This document shows, in pieces, positions 1-10,211 of a stretch of 22,935 nt of DNA (positions within the stretch are counted from its first letter, which is position 1; every line of letters starts with the position of its first letter). Position numbers and translations under genes: made by a program. The notes beneath the pieces were generated by a model, which saw nothing but the letters and a program-made list of their open reading frames with translations, had not been told where the DNA came from and searched no databases. Where the stretch lies: positions 1 through 22,935 of the forward strand of contig NW_021824115.1 of the NCBI RefSeq assembly GCF_006345805.1, given 5' to 3'. The DNA comes from Octopus sinensis. Lineage: Eukaryota.

Positions 1-20
1 ACTTACATAAAAACATATAC

Positions 21-44
21 GTATGTGTGTATATATCTATATGA

Positions 45-113
<69 letters not shown>

Positions 114-191
114 TATATATACATATATATGCATACACATATATACATACACATACATACATACATACATACTACATACATACCTACATAC

Positions 192-222
<31 letters not shown>

Positions 223-252
223 CATACAGGCATACAGATACATAGTTACGGG

Positions 253-288
<36 letters not shown>

Positions 289-371
289 ATAAATTCTTTC
301 AGTCTCTGTCTTACTCTACTCTCTCTACTCTCTCTCTCTCTCTCTGTCTTCTGTCTCTCTCCCTCACAAAC

Positions 372-410
<39 letters not shown>
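21..410. repeat. Compound microsatellites (TA)n/(TACA)n, (CT)n, (CA)n
   Basis: Directly visible: TA/TACA 21-236, CT 255-352, CA about 366-410. Confidence 0.97.
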
Positions 411-413
<3 letters not shown>

Positions 414-530
414 GTAGACATACATTTTCTTTTACCTAAGCTTTTATCTCGTCTTCAAATCTGTTCGCTTCTTGATGAGGTTGGATTCCAATTGCAGCAC
501 CATTGCTATCTCGCTATCTTTGCACTATAC

Positions 531-652
531 ATCACCATCACCAGCACCAACACCAGCGCCACCGCCACTGCGGCTACCAGCAACAGCAACAGCAACAACA
601 ACAACAACAACTTTCTCTATCTCATCATCATCATCATCATCAGCAACAACCG
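531..652. repeat. Mixed trinucleotide repeat tract (CAC/CAG/CAA/CAT)
   Basis: Runs such as caccag, caacag, (caa)n and (cat)n; these produce the polyQ/polyH ORF artefact. Confidence 0.9.
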
Positions 653-1034
653 CAACCATTTCTCTGTAATATGTATTGGTATCTTTCTCTCTCTCTCTCT
701 CTCGCCATCTATTTCAACTTAAGATTGTTATCCCTAGAGCGAGATGCTCAAAGGATTTTAACCCAACCTTTTTGTTTTCTTCTTTTTCCCCCTTTTATTT
801 TCTTCAATTAAACCTGAAATCGAACTCTTGATAGAAGAAATTAATTCCACGACATTTTATAATCTTTTCTTCTTCGTTTTCTTGTTTCTAAGTTCTAAGT
901 TCTTCCTTTCTTCCTTCTTTCTTTCTCTCTTCCTTCCGCTCCTTCTTTGGTTCCTTTTATCTGTCTATCTTCTTTCTTTCTTTTTTCGTATTCCTTCTTA
1001 TACATGCATCTTTATATATACAACACATACATAC

Positions 1035-1154
1035 ATATAAATATAAATAAATGAATAGATAGATAGAGAGACAGAGACAGAGACAGAGAGAGACAGAGAC
1101 AGAGAGAAAGAGAGACAGACAGACAGAGACAGACAGATAGACAGACAGACTGAC

Positions 1155-1228
<74 letters not shown>

Positions 1229-1325
1229 ACAGAAAGATAAATAGAAAGATAGGTGGATAAAGGAATAGATAGATAAACAGAGAGACAGACAGACAAAGAT
1301 AAAAAGATAGATGATAGATAGATGG
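1035..1325. repeat. (AGAC)n/(GA)n/(GATA)n compound microsatellite
   Basis: Long perfect (GATA)n at about 1156-1226, flanked by degenerate AGAC/AGAG repeats. Confidence 0.97.
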
Positions 1326-1540
1326 ATTAATGATATGATTCAATGGAATCTAGGCATGTGAACACATAAGACGCTAAAAATGGCTAGGTATAATAAAACA
1401 GCTTTCAAGGTGGAGTAAAACTACCATGAAGGTATCGGGTGTTTGGCAGGATACAGTAAATATCTAAATCCCAAATCCAATTTCAAACCATAGATATAAC
1501 TCAGCCTAGTACTGTGCATAAGTATATCATATGAGTTTGT

Positions 1541-2887
1541 CATTTCTTTACTACCCACAAGGAGGTAAACACAGAAGGGACAAACAAGGACAGACAAACG
1601 GATTAAGTCGATTACATCGACCCCAATGCGTAACTGGTACTTATTTAATCGACACCGAAAGGATGAAAGGCAAAGTCGACCTCGGCAGAATTTGAACTCA
1701 GAACGTAACGGCAGACGAAATACCTATTTCGTTACTAACCCAAGGGGCTAAACACAGAGGGGACAAACAAGGACAGACAACGGATTAAGTCGATTACATC
1801 GACCCCAGTGTGTAACTGGTACTTATTTAATCGACACCGAAAGGATGAAAGGCAAAGTCGACCTCGGCAGAATTTGAACTCAGAACGTAACGGCAGACGA
1901 AATACCTATTTCGTTACTACCCACAAGGGGCTAAACACAGAGGGGACAAACAAGGACAGACAAACGGATTAAGTCGATTACATCGACCCCAATGCGTAAC
2001 TGGTACTTATTTAATCGACACCGAAAGGATGAAAGGCAAAGTCGACCTCGGCAGAATTTGAACTCAGAACGTAACGGCAGACGAAATACCTATTTCGTTA
2101 CTACCCACAAGGGGCTAAACACAGAGAGTCGACCTCTGCTGAATTTGAATTCAAAAATTAAAGAATGACGAAATACTGACAAGCATTTCGCCCGGCGTGC
2201 TAACGATTCTTATTTCTTTATTGCTCGCAAGGGGCTAAACATTAAGGGGACAAACAAGGACAGACAAAGGGATTAAGTCAATTACATCGACCCCAGTGCG
2301 TAACTGGTACTTATTTAATCGACCCTGAAAGGATGAAAGGCAAAGTCGACCTCGGCACAATTTGAACTCAGAATGTAACGGCAGACGAAATACCTATTTC
2401 GTTACTACCCACAAGGGGCTAAACACAGAGAGTCGACCTCAGCTGAATTTGAATTCAAAAATTAAAGAATGACGAAATACTGACAAGCATTTCGCCCGGC
2501 GTGCTAACGATTCTTATTTCTTTATTGCTCGCAAGGGGCTAAACATTAAGGGGACAAACAAGGACAGACAAAGGGATTAATTCAATTACATCGACCCCAG
2601 TGCGTAACTGGTACTTAATTTATGAACTCAGAACGTAAAGACAGACGAGATACCTATTTCTTTACTACCCACAAGGGGCTAACCATAGAGAGGACAAACA
2701 AGGACAGACAAACGGATTAAGTCGATTACATCGACCCCAGTGCGTAACTGGTACATAATTTATCGACCTCGAAATGATGAAAGGTAAAGTCGACCTCGGC
2801 GGAATTTGAACTCAGAACGTAACAGCAGACGAAATACGGCTACGCATTTCGCTCGGCGTGCTAACGTTTCTACCAGCTCGCCGCCTT
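1541..2887 (-). mobile_element. Tandem array of 8 tRNA-derived SINE (family A) units
   Basis: Units at about 1541-1724, 1725-1906, 1907-2090, 2091-2210 (internally deleted), 2211-2394, 2395-2514 (deleted), 2515-2654 (deleted) and 2655-2887 (full head). The minus strand has a B-box-like GAGTTCAAATTCC, and the last unit has an A-box-like head. The central GTCGACTTTGCCTTTCATCCTTTCGGGGTCGAT...AAGTACCAG resembles the Meta/Sauria SINE domain (from recall). Confidence 0.9.
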
Positions 2888-3726
2888 AGCATCTATTTAT
2901 AGTAATAGCTGATATAATCATTGGTTGCTTGGTTGGTTAATAGTTGACTAGATAGACAGGCAGAGGTTTTCCCTTGTATAGAGAGAGGGAGCGAGAAACA
3001 TAGCGAGATACAGAGACAGTGAACACCAGAGGTGGAAGAGGCGTGCACATAGATGGCTTGATGGCAGGCAATGATGACTCACTGATAAACAGTAATTGTT
3101 AATGAAATTTTGCAGGTAAGTCTTCTGTGGATGGCGAATAAGTTGAGAAAATTTAGAAAAATAATAACATAAATTTATTGCAAATACACAAATGAGAAAT
3201 TCATATATTTAATTATATTTTAAGAGGAAAAAATGTTTGCTCTTGTGCTCTTTATTTAAAAATTTGTATTCATTTTATCATTTTGTATTAGCACCGAGAC
3301 ATTTGAAAGAAAAGGAAAATTATACGTTTTGTATGCATACCATATTTTCTGATAGTACCAATGGCGCCAAAAGTATACTTCCAAAGTTACTAGTCATCTA
3401 TATATTGAAAGTTAATAGTCATCTATATATTAAAATACAGTGAGTTTGTGATAACCAAATAAACTGAATATAGATAACGCATAGTAGAGCACAAATGAAT
3501 TTGAACTTAAATTCCGACATCCTTGTCCAAGCCAAGGCCTACAGCAAGAAAATTGGACATAAGAGAAATAATGATCGGGCTGTTATGCAATTAGGCTTGA
3601 GACATATATTGGACATAGAATACAAAATTCAGATTATAAAAATGTTACAAGGAAAACCAGGCTTATATATTACAAGATATACGTATAACACATAAAAATA
3701 GGACTATAGCTATATATATATATATA

Positions 3727-4057
3727 GGGTGTGTGGTAAGAAGCTTGCTTCTCAACCACATGGTTCCGGGTTCAGTCCCACTACGTGGCATCTTCTCTTT
3801 TACTATAGCCTCTGGTCGACCAAAGCCTTGTGAGTGGATTTGGTAGACGGAAACTGAAAGAAACCTGTCGAATATATTTGTGTGTTTGTGTCTGTGTTTC
3901 TTTCTCTACCATCGCTTGACAACCGATGTTAATGTGTTCATGTCCCCCGAAACATAGGTAAAAGAGACTGTTAGAATAAGTACTAGATCTCGAAAGAATA
4001 AGTCCTAGCTCCAGCATGGCCACAGTCAAATGACTGCAACATGTAAATGAGTAAAAG
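3727..4057 (+). mobile_element. tRNA-derived CORE-like SINE (family B), near full length
   Basis: Head GTGTGGTAAGAAGCTTGC...GGGTTCAGTCCC (B-box-like, 3768-3779). Body and tail are alignable by eye to copies at 20054-20717 and 19073-19183. Confidence 0.8.
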
Positions 4058-4079
4058 TTTGCGTGTATACGTATATTAA

Positions 4080-4080
<1 letters not shown>

Positions 4081-4137
<57 letters not shown>

Positions 4138-4144
4138 CATACTT

Positions 4145-4180
<36 letters not shown>

Positions 4181-4352
4181 GAATACATATAGTGTAATAG
4201 ATGCGAGCAAATATGTGTAAGTACATAGGTCTTGGTGGTCAGTCTGATTGTTGGTCTGTCGATCGATCTGTCTGTCTGTCTGTCTATACACATGTATCTG
4301 TCTTACTCTCCCTTTACTATTTTCGTTCATTTGCCTTGTCCTTTCCTTTTTG

Positions 4353-4387
<35 letters not shown>

Positions 4388-4450
4388 GTATGTATGTATG
4401 TATGTATGTATGTATGTATATATATATATGTGTGTAATGAACAATAAATA

Positions 4451-4483
<33 letters not shown>

Positions 4484-4639
4484 AACACACCCACACATAT
4501 ATATATGTATATATATAATATATAATATACATACATTCAAACATACACATATATACATACATACATGCATATATATACACATATATATATACATACATAT
4601 ATATATATATATACATGCATATAAATGCACACACATACA

Positions 4640-4674
<35 letters not shown>

Positions 4675-4920
4675 ATATTATATATACTATATATATATAA
4701 TTATATATATATATATATATATAAATGTGTGCGTGGATGTACACATTTGTGTGCATGCGTATATATATATATATTATATATATACATATATATATGTATA
4801 CATAAATGTATGTATGTATATCTATATGTATGTATGCATGTATGTATTAGTGTGTGTCTTTCTTTCTGTGTCTTTGTGCGTATGTACGTATTCTTGTGTG
4901 CTTGTATGTGCGTATATAGT
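4081..4920. repeat. Compound microsatellite field (CT, TA, CA, TATG, TCTA, TCTG)
   Basis: Directly visible tandem di- and tetranucleotide runs. Confidence 0.95.
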
Positions 4921-5179
4921 TAATTTAAATGAAAGCCATTTTATTAAAGTTTTATCATCACCCTTAATCGCAACCCAGACAAGTTGTTATTTTATTCCAA
5001 ACAGTTACTAATCCAATCCTTTGATATCAATCGAAGTCTACGTTACAAGAGCAGGCGTTTTTAATTACCTATTTCTAGAAAATTCTACTGCAACAACAGT
5101 CACAAAGGACGAGGAGTCGATACCTAGTTGTCGACATGCTAGAAATAGCAGTCAGATTTCATTAATACTGCATATTACC

Positions 5180-5408
5180 TATTTCTTTACTACCCACAAG
5201 GGGCTACACACAGAGGGGACAAACAAGGTCAGACACACGGATTAAGTCGATTACATCGACCCCAGTGCGTAACTGGTACTTATTTAATCGACCCTGAAAG
5301 GATGAAAGGCAAAGTCGACCTCGGCGGAATTTGAACTCAGAACGTAACGGCAGACGAAATACGGCTTCGCATTTCGCCCGGCGTGCTAACGTTTCTGCCA
5401 GCTCGCCT
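5180..5408 (-). mobile_element. Single full-length family A SINE
   Basis: Same unit as the array at 1541-2887, with the complete head (...GTGCTAACGTTTCTGCCAGCTCGCC on +). B-box reverse complement at 5326-5338. Confidence 0.9.
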
Positions 5409-5706
5409 TTAATCGCAACCAAGACAAGTTATTAATACTCGCATCTTACCGTTTCAGTATGCACACACTATACGATTTGCTTCAAGAATATCCCATCTAT
5501 AGATCCAAGTATCCAATTTCCATACTGGAAATGAAGAAGGCGCCAATAATCAACATATTAGCAAGAAATACTAGCCAGACCTGTTTGAGAGCACGCCTCG
5601 TTGTTTTGGAAATGTATACAGACACAACTTGTATAACAGAATTTAGTCCTAGACACGACTATATAGATAAAATGCTGCAAGATTGGAACAGCACTAACTG
5701 CAGGAA

Positions 5707-5872
5707 TGGCAGTTTGGTTAAGAAGCTTGCTTTACAACAAAGTAGCTTTAGGTTAAGTGCCATTGCGTGGCAACGTGGTCATGTGTCTTCTGCAATAACC
5801 CTGGGCCGACCAACATCTTGTGAGAGTGTTTATTAGACGGAAGCTTTTGAAGACCACCGCATATGAAAATAT
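5707..5872 (+). mobile_element. Diverged family B SINE head followed by (CA)n
   Basis: GGTTAAGAAGCTTGC...GTGTCTTCTGCAATAACCCTGGGCCGACCAA...AGACGGAAGC aligns to the head at 3727-3865. Confidence 0.7.
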
Positions 5873-5949
5873 ATAAGTGTACACACACACAACACACACA
5901 CACACACACACACTTACATACACACACACATACACACGCACACAATTTT

Positions 5950-7326
5950 CAGGATTCAAGAGAATCGGGCACCTAAATAATGAAAGCATGTAGGTTTTCT
6001 CACTGCCAAGATTAATTTTAATTGGATTAGACATGACTCTATGAACTACTTCGACACCACTATGGGTTCTTCTGACTCGGCCCAAGTGGCAGACCTTCTG
6101 GGTCTATATCTCTTTTCTCAAATCAAGAAAACCTTTCCAAACGTCTCTGGTGGTCTTTATAGGGACGACACTCTCTTGGCAGCAAATCGTTTATCTAAAA
6201 CGGAGGTCGAACGCATTAAGAAATCTCTAAAAATTTCTTCCTGAATTTTTAAATCTTAATATTGTATTTGATACCGACACTTTTTAGACGTCACGCTTGA
6301 ATTAAACACCAAATTAAATCACCCTTATCACAAACCAAATCAAACACTACAATGTATAAACGTTTCTTCCTTCATCTTAAATTAACCCTCGATAGTATCA
6401 TTACAGCCATCTCTATTAGAATCTCCAGCCTATCGAGAAACGAAGAAATCATTAATGCACATGCCCAATTATATAATCAAGCCCTAAAATTAGGTGGATT
6501 TCACGATGATATTTTCTATATCCCTGACACATAATTCAAAACCAAAATAGCTAACCTCTCCTCTGACATTAATCCTGAATTTATTAATGCGAATTCTTCC
6601 TTAAATTATAAACGTATAAAAAAACCTTTTTGTTAACTATACTAAACTGGATAACGCACCTTTTAGTAATCGTAACAAATATAAAATCCCACTACATTAG
6701 AACATGCTAATGTAGTAACACATGCTAAATCTAGGAAAAGAGAAATTATCTGGTTTGGCACCCACCACCTCACTCCATTTTTTTCTCTCAGAATCAAAAA
6801 TTTACCAAGATTATTCTTTAAGATTCTGAAATCAAATTTTCATAAGCCCCACAAATATTAACCTATCTTTAACAAATCCTCTATAAAATTATCTTACTCC
6901 GCCACGCCTAATTTCGGATCTATTATTGCATCATAAATTGAAATAAACTCAAATTTCAAATGACTAAAAACTTAAATTATCATAAGGTACCCTATGTAAA
7001 TCCGAATAATACCAAGAAACTAAAAATAGTTATTCTATCTAAGCGTAATCAATCCCAACTAAACGTAGGTAAACCCGATTCAACCTTAATAAATACGAGT
7101 AAAACTATAGACAGGAGTGCAAAAACATATAATTGTAGGGTATCCGATTTATGCCCGCTCTCCGAATTCTGTGTACGTAAAAATGTAATTCATAAATGCA
7201 GCGTGGCAAACCACACACATCAAGAAAGATTATATCAGGAAGCAACACAGATTTTAAGAAACGGCATAGAACCCATTTAAATTCTTTCAATAAGATAAAA
7301 AAAAACTCAATGACCCTAGCAAGGTA
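5950..7326 (+). mobile_element. Decayed Penelope-like retroelement (RT + Cys-rich linker + GIY-YIG endonuclease remnants), with multiple stops and frameshifts
   Basis: Translated pieces in order: YFDTTMGSSDSAQVADLLGLYL...GLYRDD (RT catalytic YxDD, ORF 6041-6244); DVTLELNT...PYHKPN; ISIRISSLSRNEEI...YNQALKLGGF; RKREIIWF...IFNKSSIKLSYS (6721-6930); YNCRVSDLCPLSEFC; TDFKKRHRTHLNSF...TLARY (GIY-YIG-like). The order matches invertebrate Penelope-like elements. Confidence 0.85.
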
Positions 7327-7344
7327 TATATATATATGTATATA

Positions 7345-7419
<75 letters not shown>

Positions 7420-7441
7420 TATTATATATATATATATATAT
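7327..7441. repeat. (TA)n microsatellite truncating the retroelement
   Basis: Directly visible. Confidence 0.97.
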
Positions 7442-7482
7442 CTGAAAGAAGGTCTGAAAACGCAATTTTAAAAGATGTTTAT

Positions 7483-7527
7483 TTACTTGACCGGTTTAAC
7501 TTTTTAGAAAAAGATTGTCAAAAGTAA
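7483..7527 (-). ncRNA. Mirror hammerhead-like motif in the left arm, probably inactive (G12 changed to U)
   Basis: The reverse complement reads TTACTT-TTGACAA-TCTTTTTCTAAAAAGT-TAAA-CCGGTC-AAGTAA; GAAA is mutated to TAAA. Confidence 0.5.
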
Positions 7528-7837
7528 AATGTAAAAGCTTTGTTGTGTTAGGTACTGGTTGTCACAAAATATTACAATACATATATATATTCTTGGATAA
7601 TAATAAGAACATCTTAAAAACAGTTTACAAGGAAAACGTATATAAGGAATGTTTACAAGGAATGTATATAAGTATTGCAACTTTTTGTACCCAATATTTT
7701 AATGAACTTTTTTGTATTTTCGCACGATTTTTCCTTGTAAACTGTTTTTAACATGTTCTTATTATTATCAAAGAATGTATATATGTATTGTAATATTTTG
7801 TGACAAGCAGTACCTAACACAACAAAGCTTTTACATG

Positions 7838-7883
7838 TTACTTTTGACAATCTTTTTCTAAAAAAGTGAAACCGGTCAAGTAA
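7838..7883 (+). ncRNA. Minimal type I hammerhead-like ribozyme with U3-A8 variant core
   Basis: Stem I TTACTT/AAGTAA (6 bp); core TTGACAA (7844-7850); stem II CTTTTT/AAAAAG under a T-T mismatch; GAAA 7868-7871; palindromic stem III ACCGGT; GUC triplet ending at 7877. Confidence 0.65.
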
Positions 7884-8060
7884 ATAAACATCTTTTAAAA
7901 TTGCCTTTTCAAGCCTTCTTTCATATATAATTCTACTCGTGTGGTACCTTAAAACTTCACTTTGTTATATATATAAAATCTAAAATTACAATATATTAAT
8001 TGCACACTATAAACGAAGTAAAAATTCTCCGAAAATGGATTTTAAGATTTATTTTTTACA

Positions 8061-8089
8061 CGGAAGAATGAACCCTAGAAACGGCCGTC
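8061..8089 (+). ncRNA. Degenerate hammerhead remnant
   Basis: CGGAAGA...GAAACGGCCGTC: perfect palindrome ACGGCCGT plus GUC, but U4 is changed to G and stems I and II pair poorly. Confidence 0.35.
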
Positions 8090-8455
8090 GGAATATTATC
8101 ATCAAAAATTACAACCCGAAACCTTATTAAAGTCTATTATTAACTTTTCACTATCTTTTCAAATCTTTTAAAAACGTTCTTAGCTATATTCTTATCGTTT
8201 ACTATTTTATGTCTGTTTGTACACTCATATTTATATATCTCTATATATTTTTAATATTCCTACCTTTTTTTATGTTTGATATATTAATATATGTTTTAAT
8301 CTTGGACGAATTTTATCTTCATCAAACCCACACATATGTGTTGATATTGGTTTGCCTAGTCTGAATTTTTTCCTTTTATTTTTTTAAACCTGTCTAACGT
8401 GTCAGGTGCGACTTGAGAACTTCTAAGCAATCTATATATTTCGTAAGAAAAATAC

Positions 8456-8459
<4 letters not shown>

Positions 8460-8518
<59 letters not shown>

Positions 8519-8546
8519 ATGTATATATATGTGTGTGTGTGTACAC

Positions 8547-8585
<39 letters not shown>

Positions 8586-8625
8586 CAGACACATATATAC
8601 ATACATACCTACATACACAGTGCAT
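8460..8625. repeat. (TA)n/(TG)n/(TACA)n microsatellite
   Basis: Directly visible. Confidence 0.97.
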
Positions 8626-8632
8626 ATACGTA

Positions 8633-8849
8633 CGAGGGGGTGCTAAAAAGTTCCTGGCTTTAAGGGTGTCGGAAAAAGCCTGGGTTGGAGGCCCAGCCTT
8701 CCAAGTTCTTTTACAGGGCTTAGAAAACTGAAGGACTGCTGCTAGAAGTGTGTGAATCTGAGAGGGGATCATGTTGAATAAAATCATAATTAACTGATCC
8801 TCTTGTATTTTCTTTTACTCAAAGTCAGGAACTTTTCAGCACGCCCTAG
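8633..8849 (+). mobile_element. Internally deleted mariner-type DNA transposon (MITE-like)
   Basis: TIR TA|CGAGGGGGTGCTAAAAAGTTCCTGGCTTT with inverted copy AAAGTCAGGAACTTTTCAGCACGCCCT (8821-8847). Retains a transposase C-terminal remnant, [17 protein letters not shown], at about 8725-8781, matching the mariner KL..RW.KC....GDYVE end. Confidence 0.85.
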
Positions 8850-9374
8850 AATGGATTTTAAATATAATTTGAAATACATTATTTGCAGTCTCTGCCAGGC
8901 TGAGCATGTTCACATTAAGTTTGCTTCATTGGTTCGTGATATTTAATTCTGGTCTCTTGCTGGTGTTATTATTGTTGGTTGTGTTGTTCTTTAATCTGCT
9001 CTTATTGTTCTATAATTTTTGGTCAGACTTTATCGATTAGTCCCATGGTGCACGCGTATCAGCAGTATTACAAGACGTGATCCACATATCTGTTTTCTTA
9101 GTTTTCTATCAATCAGTTACTGAACCTGTAACCTCAACAATTTTGCTAGCAGAATGAAATACGAAAACAACCTTGTGACGGAGTCACTCGAGGAAAAAAA
9201 ACAAGCATGTTTATAATGATGTTTATGCAAACATACATGCATAGGTACACATTCGTATACATACACTATATGAGCTGTCCCTGTTACTGAATATGCACAT
9301 GAACATCAACACATAAAATAATGGTGGAACATTCCTATCAAAACATCAACAGTAAATATAACTGGCTGGATATT

Positions 9375-10211
9375 CTTTTCTACTCTAGGCACAAAGCCTG
9401 AAATTTTGGGGAGGGGGGTCAGTCGATTAGATCGATCCAAGTATGCAACTGGTACTTAATTTATCGACCCCGAAAAGATGAGAGCAAAGTCGACCTCGGC
9501 GGAATTTGAACTGAGAACGTAACGGCAGACGAAATACCGTTAAAAATTTCGCCCGGAGTGCTAACGTTTCTTATTTCTTTATTGCCCACAAGGGGCTACA
9601 CACAGAGGGGACAAACAAGGACAGACAAAGGGATTAAGTCGATTATATTGACCCCAGTGCGTAACTGGTACTTATTTAATCGACTCCGAAAGGATGAAAG
9701 GCAAAGTCAACCTCATCGAAATTTGAACTCAGAACGTAAAGACAGACGAAATACCTATTTCTTTACTACCCACAAGGGGCTAAACACAGAGGGGACAAAG
9801 AAGTACAGACAAACGGATTAAGTCGATTATATCGACCCCAGTGCGTAACTGGTAATTATTTAATTGACCCCGAAAGGATGAAAGCAATGTCGACCTCGGC
9901 GGAATTTGAACTCAGAACGTAACGGCAGACGAAATACCGCTAAGCATTTCGCCCGGCGTCCTAACGTTTCTGCCAGCTCGCCACCTTGCTGATTCTAACA
10001 ATATTCTTTTCTACTCTAAGCAGAAATCCTGAACGTTTTTGGAGAGGACCAGTCGATTAAAATGAACACCGTACGCAACTGGTACTTAATTTATCGAAAT
10101 GATGAAAGACAAAATCGAGCTCGGCGGAATTTGAACTAGGAACGTAAAGAGAGACGAAATACTGCTAAGCATTTCGCTCGGTGTGCTAACGATTCTGCCA
10201 GCTCGCCGCCT
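9375..10211 (-). mobile_element. Four-unit family A SINE concatemer flanked by an 18-bp direct repeat
   Basis: Units about 9371-9571 (A2 tail, head truncated), 9572-9755 (truncated), 9756-9987 (full), 10002-10212 (A2, full, diverged). Flanks TATAACTGGCTGGATATT (9357-9374) and TATAACAGGCTGGATATT (10212-10229). Confidence 0.88.

Larger units (their letters stand above)
7443..7923. repeat. Palindromic element with about 195-bp inverted arms and a 92-bp spacer
   Basis: Arms 7443-7636 and 7729-7923 differ by about 9 substitutions and 1 indel by manual alignment. The + and - ORFs 7515-7751 and 7653-7850 start with near-identical translations. Confidence 0.95.

Noticed and set aside
472-811. PolyQ/polyH ORFs resembling a transcription-factor low-complexity exon
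   Set aside because: All three + frames give only trinucleotide-repeat translations, there is no recognisable domain, and the minus frames are closed by stops.
1541-2887. CRISPR-like regular array
   Set aside because: The units are whole SINE bodies of about 184 bp with no unique spacers, there are no cas genes, and the context is eukaryotic.
5459-5836. 125-aa ORF
   Set aside because: Its 3' third is SINE B sequence and no domain was recognised.
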